Part shown: positions 7,125 to 19,067 of the stretch, piece after piece
Layout of the letters: the number at the start of each line of letters is the position of its first letter
Position numbering within the stretch: position 1 is the stretch's first letter
Origin: Lentzea pudingi
GTDB taxonomy: Bacteria; Actinomycetota; Actinomycetes; Mycobacteriales; Pseudonocardiaceae
Direction of reading: 5' to 3'
DNA length: 24,000 nt
NCBI RefSeq assembly: GCF_014646255.1
Contig: NZ_BMNC01000004.1
Location: 178,480-202,479 of the forward strand
Position numbers and translations under genes: made by a program
Notes under the pieces: model-generated
Databases searched by the model: none
What the model was told of the DNA's origin: nothing
What the model saw: the letters and a program-made list of their open reading frames with translations, nothing else

Positions 7125-8699
7125 TCAGTCGCTGCCCTGATGGTCAGGGCGCGCGGACGCGGCACGATCGACGCGCTCGTACACCGCCAGCACCTCCTGG
7201 CCGAGCTTGTCACGCGCGTAGCGCGCCATCACACGGTCACGCGCGGCGATGCCCAACTCCTCCCTCAGCGTCTGGTCGGCGAGCAACCGCCGGAGCGTCC
7301 GAGCCAGAACACGAGGTTCACGTGGCGGTACGTGCAGGCCGGTGATGTTGTGCACGACGATGTCCTCCAGCGCGCCCACCGCGGTGGCGACCACCGGGAC
7401 ACCACACGCCATGGCCTGCAGAGCCACCAGGCCATACGGTTCGGCGGTGGGTACGCAGACCACGACGTCGGCGGAACGCAACAAGACGGGCATGCGGGCA
7501 CGGGGGACTTCGCCGGCGAACGTGACCCGGTCCCGGACCCCCAGGTCGTGTGCGAGCTCGCGCAGCTCCTGAGCGACCGTGCTGGACCTCGGGTTGTCTC
7601 CCGCGATCACCAGCTCGACGGTCTCGAGCGCGGGCAGGCACGCGATGATGTCCGCGAAATCGGTGCCGCGAAAGAATTTCCCGACGGTGACGAGACGTTG
7701 CAGCGCTCCCCGGGCGGCGACCGGGCCGTCCGGGTGGAAGTGCTCCACGTCGACTCCGGACGGGATCATGGAGACCTGGATCCGGCGCACGCCCTGTCGC
7801 CACATCTCGGAGGCTTCCGGTGAACTGGCCGCCACGACCCATGAGGCCTTGCGCGCGACGAGCCTTTCGACGTCGGCGCGCTGCTGGATCTCCTGCGCAC
7901 TGACCGCGTTGTAGGAGTGCACGACAGGGATCCAGGTCCGGCGAGAACCGATGGCGGCCGCCAGTCCGGACGTCCAGTGGTGCGTGTGCGCGATGTCCGG
8001 CGGACGCGACCTCCAGCGTTGTGCGAGGAACTGCGCGAACTCTTCGAGGTGAGGCACGACCTCGTCCTCGGTGAGCCGGCGGGCAGGCCCTGCCGGCACG
8101 TGCACCACCTCGTACCCGTCCTCGGTGCGGACGCGATCCGGAGCTCGGGGATCGTCCCGCCGGGTGTAGACGACCACTTCGTGCCCGAGGCCGCGCAGGG
8201 CTGCCGCCAGCTGTGCGACGTGCGTCCCCTGCCCGAGATCGTCAGCGAGCGGGCTGGCCTGCTCGGACACCAGGGCGATCCGCATCGACGCCCGTCCGGC
8301 CCTGCGCGCCACGCGGATCGCGTCCGACAGGGTTTCGTGTCGTGAGAAGTTTTCAGCCAACCCGGCGACCTGAAGCGTTCGCGTGATGTGCGCTCCAGGC
8401 GTGACGAGATGAAGCGGGATGTCACGGCTCCGCGCGTGCTGTTGGATTTCCATGAGCGCGTTGATGCCGGACGAACTGAAGTAGGACACCTGGCCGAGGT
8501 CGACGACGACGGCGTGGGGACACGTCTCCACCTGAGCCGCCAGCTCCGCGACCAGCGCGGGAGCCGTGCTCAGGTCGACCTCTCCCGCAACGGAAACGAT
8601 CGATATCCCGCCATCGAGTGTCGTGCCCACCGACCAATCCTCGGGCACGTCGAAAAGAGGGTCCCGCATCTCGATCGCTCCCTTGTGCCGGGACGTCAT
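7125..8699 (-). CDS. STAS domain fused to a GT4-family (GT-B, MshA/PimA-like) glycosyltransferase
   Basis: 524 aa. The STAS domain (about aa 20-125) reads 'ISIVSVAGEVDLSTAPALVAEL...AVVVDLGQVSYFSSSGINALMEI...IPLHLVTPGAHITRTLQVAGL'. The GT4 part starts at M139 with 'MRIALVSEQASPLADDLGQGTHVAQLAAALRGLGHEV', followed by 'THHWTSGL', 'VTFAGEV', 'ADVVVCVPTAEPYGLVALQAMACGVPVVATAVGALEDIV'. An alternative start is the ATG at 8669, preceded by AAGGGAG. Confidence 0.9.
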   Translation of the reverse strand: MTSRHKGAIEMRDPLFDVPEDWSVGTTLDGGISIVSVAGEVDLSTAPALVAELAAQVETCPHAVVVDLGQVSYFSSSGINALMEIQQHARSRDIPLHLVTPGAHITRTLQVAGLAENFSRHETLSDAIRVARRAGRASMRIALVSEQASPLADDLGQGTHVAQLAAALRGLGHEVVVYTRRDDPRAPDRVRTEDGYEVVHVPAGPARRLTEDEVVPHLEEFAQFLAQRWRSRPPDIAHTHHWTSGLAAAIGSRRTWIPVVHSYNAVSAQEIQQRADVERLVARKASWVVAASSPEASEMWRQGVRRIQVSMIPSGVDVEHFHPDGPVAARGALQRLVTVGKFFRGTDFADIIACLPALETVELVIAGDNPRSSTVAQELRELAHDLGVRDRVTFAGEVPRARMPVLLRSADVVVCVPTAEPYGLVALQAMACGVPVVATAVGALEDIVVHNITGLHVPPREPRVLARTLRRLLADQTLREELGIAARDRVMARYARDKLGQEVLAVYERVDRAASARPDHQGSD

Positions 8700-8784
8700 C
8701 GAGCTGAATGCTTAACCCGAGAAGCCGCTGAACGCTACCGACCGTAGCCCCCTCGCAACGCTGCCCACAAGCCGAGAAGTGTGA

Positions 8785-8810
8785 GTTTGACTTTCGCTGA
8801 GAACGGGTAT
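8785..8810 (+). promoter_or_regulatory. SigB/SigF-type promoter: GTTTGA (8785-8790) - N14 - GGGTAT (8805-8810)
   Basis: Read directly. It matches the general-stress sigma consensus (Bacillus SigB GTTTaa-N12-15-GGGtAt; Streptomyces SigB GNNTN14-16GGGTAC/T; mycobacterial SigF GTTT...GGGTAT). It lies about 75 nt upstream of the STAS gene start at 8886 and is oriented toward the STAS and RsbW-like pair. Confidence 0.5.
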
Positions 8811-8840
8811 GTCCACCGACGACCGATATGCTCAGGAAAT

Positions 8841-8854
8841 CTGATCGCGATCAG
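8841..8854. promoter_or_regulatory. Perfect 14-bp palindrome CTGATCGCGATCAG in the STAS gene leader
   Basis: Read directly; it is self-complementary. It lies between the SigB/F-type -10 element and the GTG at 8886. Confidence 0.3.
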
Positions 8855-8885
8855 TTGGCCATTCGGCAGGGAAGAGGCCTTCGGT

Positions 8886-9251
8886 GTGACTGAGCCAGCC
8901 CCGAGCGTGCAGCCGATTTCCGTCGGGATCAGCCAAGTCGGCGACCAGGTGTCGGTGGCGTCCATCGCCGGTGAGATCGACATGCTGACCGAAGCGGTGG
9001 TCCGGGACGCGGTCCGCTGCCAGCTCGCGGCAAAACCGCGCTTGCTCGTGCTGGACCTGACCGAGGTCGGGTTCATGGCGTCGTCCGGGCTCGACCTGAT
9101 CCTGCAGATCCAAGCTCGCGCGCTTGAACAGGGCACTCGCCTCTCCGTGGTCGCGAACCAGGGTTCCGTGCGCCGCCTTCTGAGTGTGAGCGGCGTCGAC
9201 ACCGCCGTGGACCTGCATCACGATCTCGGCTCGGCTCTGCGGTCGTGCTGA
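8886..9251 (+). CDS. STAS-domain anti-sigma-factor antagonist (RsbV/SpoIIAA-like)
   Basis: Track ORF 8781..9251, but its first 35 codons cover the promoter. The GTG at 8886 is preceded by GGAAGAGG. The STAS core is 'VSVASIAGEIDMLTEAVVRDAV...LLVLDLTEVGFMASSGLDLILQI...RLSVVANQGSVRRLLSVSGV', with a canonical phosphorylatable Ser in the 'ASSG' motif. Confidence 0.85.
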   Translation: MTEPAPSVQPISVGISQVGDQVSVASIAGEIDMLTEAVVRDAVRCQLAAKPRLLVLDLTEVGFMASSGLDLILQIQARALEQGTRLSVVANQGSVRRLLSVSGVDTAVDLHHDLGSALRSC

Positions 9252-9392
9252 GTGGCCGGTCAGAATGTGGATCTCGTGATGAGAACTCAACCGAAAACGG
9301 GTTTGGACTCGCTTTGCAGGTGATTGTGGCGAGAACTGGTCACCGTCGTGGTGAGATGCGGTGGATCAGCGAACGTGGAGGCAAGATCGCTC

Positions 9393-9851
9393 GTGACCAT
9401 CGCCGATGAGGACGCCGCGTCATTGGTCGTCGACCTTCCGGTCGAGCGCGAATCGCTGGTGCCCGATGTGCGCCGCGAGGTCGATGCGGCATTGCGCGAC
9501 CTGGGAGAGGATCACCGTTACGACGTGCTCCTCGTCGTGACCGAACTGGTGAGCAACGTCCTGGACCACACGGCCGGCCCCGGCCGGCTTCGAGTTCTTC
9601 GCGGCGACGCTCCCTGCGAGGTCTCGGTGGAAGTCGACGACACGTCGTCCGCGCGGCCGCGTCATGGCCGATCGAGGCTGGGCCCGCACCGCGGCAAGGG
9701 GATGGTGGTCGTGGGCAACGTCTCGAACGACTGGGGGACGAGACCGGGACCGGAGAGCGGTAAGACCGTCTTCGCGGTGATCCGATGTGGCGACGGTGCG
9801 ACGTCGGCCGCCCCATGCGAGCCCTCGGACGGCGTCCACTACGGAGTCTGA
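9393..9851 (+). CDS. RsbW/SpoIIAB-like anti-sigma factor / serine kinase (HATPase_c only)
   Basis: Track ORF 9324..9851 (TTG start). The N-box is 'VLLVVTELVSNVLDHT', followed by 'EVSVEVDDTS' and 'HRGKGMVVVGNVSNDWG...GKTVFAVI'. I prefer the GTG at 9393, with GGAGG 11 nt upstream; GTG 9375 or TTG 9324 are possible. Confidence 0.8.
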   Translation: MTIADEDAASLVVDLPVERESLVPDVRREVDAALRDLGEDHRYDVLLVVTELVSNVLDHTAGPGRLRVLRGDAPCEVSVEVDDTSSARPRHGRSRLGPHRGKGMVVVGNVSNDWGTRPGPESGKTVFAVIRCGDGATSAAPCEPSDGVHYGV

Positions 9852-9931
9852 TGGATGAGCACGACGATCAGAACGACCCAGCTGACCAGAGCGGTCACCA
9901 GGACGATCCTCAGTAGTTTGTTGCTGGACAA
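9839..9931 (-). CDS. Possible 30-aa single-TM hydrophobic peptide (below the ORF-track size cut-off)
   Basis: The reverse complement reads GAGGA-ttcccc-TTG TCC AGC AAC AAA ..., which translates to (M)SSNKLLRIVLVTALVSWVVLIVVLIHQTP*. It has a good SD and spacing and a continuous hydrophobic core. It lies 158 nt downstream of corA on the same strand and overlaps the 3' end of the RsbW-like gene by 13 nt. There is no other support. Confidence 0.25.
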   Translation of the reverse strand: MSSNKLLRIVLVTALVSWVVLIVVLIHQTP

Positions 9932-10089
9932 GGGGAATCCTCGTGGAAATCGGTGGTGGAAGGCGGAGGTTCCACTGCGTGGCCGCCTTGAGGTCGTGAC
10001 CCGGTTACGCTGAAGGCTCCTTCATGCGCCAGAGGCGCACAAGCACGTGGCTGTCGCGTGTTCGGCTGATCCCCCGGGGCACACGCCGA

Positions 10090-11139
10090 TCACAACCACC
10101 GGTTGCGCTTGAACATCCGGTAGAGCACCAGGCACGCGATGAGGATCATCGACAGGACTAGTGGATAGCCGTATCTCCAGCGCAGCTCCGGCATGTGGTC
10201 GAAGTTCATGCCGTAGACGCCGACGACCATCGTGGGCACCGCGATGATCGCGACCCAGGAGGAGATCTTGCGCATGTCGTTGTTCTGCTGCAACGACACC
10301 TTCGCCAGCGTCGCGTTCACGAGGGTGGTGAGCAGTTCGTCGAAACTGACAAGTCGCTCCACCACGATGGTCAGGTGGTCGTTGACGTTGCGGAAGTACG
10401 AGTGCAGCATCTCGGGAACCAGCGGGCCGCAGTGGTCCTCGCTGAGCTTGCGCAGCGGGCCGGTCAGCGGCATGACCGCGCGGCGCAGTTCGGTGAGTTC
10501 CCGTTTGAACAGGTACATCTGTTCCACGCCGATCTCGCTGTGCGGAGCGAACACCGCGGTCTCGATCACGTCGACGTCGCCTTCGAACGCCTCGACGACG
10601 GCGAGGTAGTCGTCGACGACGCGGTCGGCGATGGCGTGCAGCACCACCGCCGGTCCTGCGGCCAGCCGGGCGGGCTGGTCCTCCAGCTCTCTGCGGAGCT
10701 CGCCGAGCGGAGAGTGGTCGCCGTGCCGGACGGTGATGACGTAGTCGCGGCCGAGGAACACCATGATCTCGCCCGATTCGACGATCTCGTTGGCCGTGGT
10801 GGGGGACTCGTGTTCGACGTAGCGCACCGTCTTGAACACGGTGAACAGGTTGTCCGCGTAGAGCTCCAGCTTGGGCCGCTGGTGAGCGTGCACCGCGTCT
10901 TCCACGGCCAGCTCGTGCAGTCCGAACGCTTCGGTCACGTCCCGGATCTGCTCGGCGTCGGGAGCGAAGAGGCCGATCCAGACGAAGCCGGTTCCGCGAT
11001 CGCGCACCTCGGCGACCGCCTCGGCCGGTGACCGGTCGCCCGGCACGCGAGCGCCGTCGACGTAGATGCCGCAGGCCACCACCGGGTCGCGCTCTGCGGG
11101 CAACAGCCCACCTGGACTCACGCCTGCGGAAGTCGTCAT
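10090..11139 (-). CDS. corA: CorA-family Mg2+/Co2+ transporter
   Basis: Track ORF 10090..11169. The C-terminus reads 'ISSWVAIIAVPTMVVGVYGMNFDHMPELRWRYGYPLVLSMILIACLVLYRMFKRNRWL', with the signature YGMN motif between two TM helices. The cytoplasmic N-domain has typical length. ATG 11139 (MTTSAG...) is preceded by GGGAAG. Confidence 0.92.
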   Translation of the reverse strand: MTTSAGVSPGGLLPAERDPVVACGIYVDGARVPGDRSPAEAVAEVRDRGTGFVWIGLFAPDAEQIRDVTEAFGLHELAVEDAVHAHQRPKLELYADNLFTVFKTVRYVEHESPTTANEIVESGEIMVFLGRDYVITVRHGDHSPLGELRRELEDQPARLAAGPAVVLHAIADRVVDDYLAVVEAFEGDVDVIETAVFAPHSEIGVEQMYLFKRELTELRRAVMPLTGPLRKLSEDHCGPLVPEMLHSYFRNVNDHLTIVVERLVSFDELLTTLVNATLAKVSLQQNNDMRKISSWVAIIAVPTMVVGVYGMNFDHMPELRWRYGYPLVLSMILIACLVLYRMFKRNRWL

Positions 11140-11215
11140 AGCGGCGATCTTCCCTCGACAGAAGACCAATCGAACGCCGTCTGGCTATTCTTACGCGATC
11201 CTTACGCCGCGACGA

Positions 11216-13488
11216 TTACGGCAGTTGAACGCCGACGACGCAGGTGTCGTCGTCGGTGTTGGACTCGCCGTGTGCGAGCAGGTGGTCGAGCAGCTCGTCC
11301 AGGTTCGACGCCGGCGTTCGCGCTGCCTCGCACAGGTGGTCCAGGCAGTCGTCGAGCGGAACGTCCCTGCGCTCGACCAGGCCGTCGGTGTACAACAGCA
11401 GGGTGTCACCCGGTTCCAGCTGCAGCTGACCCTCCTCATAGGACGGTTCGGCGAGGGCGCCGAGCAGCACACCGCGCAGCATCGGCAGCAGTTCGGCGTC
11501 GCCGTCGCGGATCAGCACCGGCGGCAGGTGGCCCGCGCGGGCCCAGCGCAGGACGCGGGTGTGCGGATCGTAGAGGCCGCAGATCGCGGTCGCGATGATG
11601 TTGTCGCTGAGGTGGTGCGCCACGAGGTTGAGCCACGTGAGCAGTTGCGCGGGGCCGGCGCCGGTGGCGGCGAGCCCGCGCAGTGCGTTGCGCAGCACCA
11701 CCATGCCAGTCGCGCCCTTGATGCCGTGGCCGGTGATGTCACCGACCGACACGAGGATCTGCTTGGTGGGCAGGACGACGGCGTCGTACCAGTCGCCGCC
11801 GACGAGCTCCTCCTGCGCGGCGGGCCGGTACCGCACCGCCACGCGCAGTCCGAACGCGTCGATCGTGGGGTGTGTCGGCGGCATGATCACTTGCTGGAGC
11901 TGCAACGTGAGCGTGTTGCGCTCCAGGGATTCCTGCTCGGTGATCGCGAGCTGGTCCTGCGTCGCGGACAGCGCGACCTCGGTCCAGTGCTGGGCGGACA
12001 CGTCCTGGTACGCCCCGCGGACGGCGAGCAGTTCGCCCTGTGAGTCGAGCACGGGCTCGGCGATCACCCGCACGTGCCTGGTGACGCCGTCCGGGCGTTG
12101 CAGGCGGAACGCCGTCGACGCCTGCTGCCGGTCCCGCAGGACGTTGTGCACGAACCCGTTGAGCGAGAGGACGTCGTCGGGGTGGGCGTGTGCCGCGATC
12201 TCCGCCAGGGGCACCGGATCGGTGCCGGGTGCGAGCCCGTACAGGGCGTACAACTGGCTGTTCCACATGATCCTGCCGCTGTGACGTTCCTCCTCGAAAC
12301 CACCGACACGGCCGAGTCGCTGCGCGTGTTGCAACAGGTTCGCCAGACGGGCCGTCTCGTCCTGCGCCCTCCACACGACCAGGACCAGCGCACCGTGCCT
12401 GGTGATGCTCACACTGGCCGCGACCGTGAGCGGCACCTCGTCGATGAGCGCCGCGAGGGTCATGCGCTCGGCCCGGAACGATTCGCCGGTGGCGTGCACG
12501 TGCTCGATCTTGTCGAACAGGTTTCCTTCGGCCGAGGCCAGCGGGTAGGCCTCCAGCAGTGACTTGCCCGCGATCGCGGAGCGCGGCCTGCCGGCGAGGT
12601 CGACGAACCCGCGGTTCACGTGGTGCACCCGGAAGTCGGCGATCGTGCCGTCGGGCGAGATCTCCGGTCCGAGCACGAGAGCGGGGTCGAGCAGCCCGTC
12701 GGCGAGGTCGACGAGTTCGGACGGCGCCCGCGCGAGATTCGGTGCCGCGGTGCTGTCGAGGGTGGCGGCGCACAGCTGCGCCAGCGCTTCCACCTGTTTG
12801 TGCACGCTCAGGGACTGGGGCGCGAGCGGAGCAGGCCAGCAGATCTCCAGCACGCCGGCGATCCGCCCGCCGGTCCCGGCGGGGACGGCGACGCGGCCGG
12901 GCAGGCCCGGGCCGATCGACGGCAGGCCTGACTCGTCGAGGTCGACGATCCACACGGCGTCCCGCTCGACCAGCGCGCGGCGGGCGGGAGTCGACACACC
13001 GGGCGGGACGTAGTGCCAGCGGCTCGCCTCGCCCGGCTCGAACCCGGCGTGCCCGGCGAGCGTCAGCGACGCGTCGGAACCCGCTGACCAGATCGCCACC
13101 GCGCTCGCGCCCAGGGGTGCGAGCGCGTGGGTGAACAGGGACTGCGCGACGGCCTGCGTGTCATCGGCGCCCAACGCGCCGCTCTCCGCGGTCCGCAGCC
13201 GGACCGCGGTCGTTCTGCTCGGCTCGTCGGGCACCGCGGTGAGGGTGTCGCCGGACACCTCGTTGATGATCTCCACGGCGAGCGTGAGCTGTGTGATGCC
13301 TGCCTGCTCGGCGAGCAGCGCGAGCTGTTCGGCGGCCTGTGCCGGGCCGCAGCGCAGCCGTTCGACGAGCACGCCTTTGGCGAGTTCCACCAGCGCCCGG
13401 CCGTCCGCGGTGGCCCGCACCTCGTCCATCTCCCTGCTGAGCCGGTCGATCGTGCTCACGAGCCGGTTCACGGCAGGCTGACCGGCGG

Positions 13489-13492
<4 letters not shown>
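11216..13492 (-). CDS. ANTAR - GAF - PAS - PAS - PP2C/SpoIIE phosphatase multidomain protein
   Basis: Track ORF 11216..13519. The N-terminal ANTAR domain is 'VSTIDRLSREMDEVRATADGRALVELAKGVLVERLRCGPAQAAEQLALLAEQAGITQLTLAVEIINEV'. It is followed by a GAF-like region and two PAS-like regions ('LVLGPEISPDGTIADFRVHHVNRGFVDLAG', 'GRIMWNSQLYALYGL...FRLQRPDGVTRHVRVIAEPV'). The C-terminal PP2C reads 'VGGDWYDAVVL...VSVGDITGHGIKGATGMV', 'LLLYTDGLVE', 'DDDTCVVGVQL'. The preferred GTG at 13492 overlaps the upstream TGA (GTGA). Confidence 0.9.
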
Positions 13493-18033
<4,541 letters not shown>

Positions 18034-18164
18034 CCGCACTTCCTCCACTGCCTGGCTGGAACGACGTGGAGGCAGACCTGTGTCTTCAAGTGCACCTCGT
18101 TCGACCATGAGATTACTGGACCCGGGGTGCGTTCCGGACGGCTGGACGACGTCCGGCTCCGTGC

Positions 18165-18953
18165 TCAGGACCGGGTCACGGTGTCGAGCAGGTTCTTCGC
18201 GACGTCACGGAGTTTCGTGTTCTCGTGCTGCGACTGCTCCACGAGCATCTCGAAGGCTTCGTCGGCGTCGCAGGAGTGCACGGCCATCAGGACGCCCTTC
18301 GCCTGGTCGATGACGGCCCGCGACACCAGGGCCTGTTCCAGGTTGGCGATGTGGTCGCTGGTGCGCTTCCAGCGGTGGGCGCTGGCGATCGTGGTCGACG
18401 CCGCCGTCGTGAAGAGCCGCATGAGCCCCTCGTCGAACGGGTCGAAGGCCGCGGCCGTGTAGCTGTAGACGTTGAGCGACCCGAGGTGCTTCTCCTCGCC
18501 GGGCTTCGAAGCCGGCAGCAGAACCGGCACCGACAGGTAGGCCCGGATGCCGTGCTCGCTCGCCGACGCCTCGAACTCCGGCCACTCGTCGAGGTGTTCA
18601 CCGACAACCGCGCGCACGGCCTGCAGAGTACGTGCGGACTCCAGGCACGGACCTCGATCGGCGCTGTACTGCTTCTCGTCGACCTCGTTGAAACGGGCGT
18701 TCGTGGAGGCCGCGGTCCGCGGTTGCGCCAGATCCACCACCGACACCGTCACCGCGTCGGCGTCGGGAATCGCTCTGGCCGCGGTGTCCGCGAGTCTCTG
18801 CAGAGCGGTGTTGAGCGGCTCCTCGCCGGTGAAGGAGTCGCGGAGCACCGTCAGCGCCTCGGTGGTCTCGTCCAGGCGAGCGAGGGCGTCAGGGCGCCCG
18901 CCGTCGCTCGACCCGCTCGAGGAGCGGTCGAACGCGCGCGTTTCATCGGCCAT
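18165..18953 (-). CDS. GAF + ANTAR domain RNA-binding regulator
   Basis: 262 aa. The GAF-like core is 'ALQRLADTAARAIPDADAVTVSVVD...YLSVPVLL...LGSLNVYS'. The C-terminal ANTAR is 'ANLEQALVSRAVIDQAKGVLMAVHSCDADEAFEMLVEQSQHENTKLRDVAKNLLD'. The SD GAAGAGGA lies 7 nt upstream of the ATG. Confidence 0.9.
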   Translation of the reverse strand: MADETRAFDRSSSGSSDGGRPDALARLDETTEALTVLRDSFTGEEPLNTALQRLADTAARAIPDADAVTVSVVDLAQPRTAASTNARFNEVDEKQYSADRGPCLESARTLQAVRAVVGEHLDEWPEFEASASEHGIRAYLSVPVLLPASKPGEEKHLGSLNVYSYTAAAFDPFDEGLMRLFTTAASTTIASAHRWKRTSDHIANLEQALVSRAVIDQAKGVLMAVHSCDADEAFEMLVEQSQHENTKLRDVAKNLLDTVTRS

Positions 18954-19067
18954 GCCGCGGTCCTCTTCAACCGGAGGGAACTGAGTCCACGGCGCCGCTG
19001 TTTGACGTCGTCAGCGCATCGTACGGGGGCGATCAGGATGCGGTGGCGTCTGTTCGGCCGACTGGAA

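Noticed and set aside
8781-8885. Longer version of the STAS ORF starting at GTG 8781
   Set aside because: The first 35 codons would overlap the SigB/F-type promoter and the palindrome. They encode non-STAS sequence (MSLTFAENGYVHRRPICSGNLIAISWPF...), and the GTG at 8886 has a good SD.
11066-12953. ORFs 11066..12043(+), 11595..12284(+) and 11739..12953(-)
   Set aside because: They are shadows of the ANTAR-PP2C gene, whose own frame shows the GGDWYD, GDITGHG, YTDG and DDDT phosphatase motifs.
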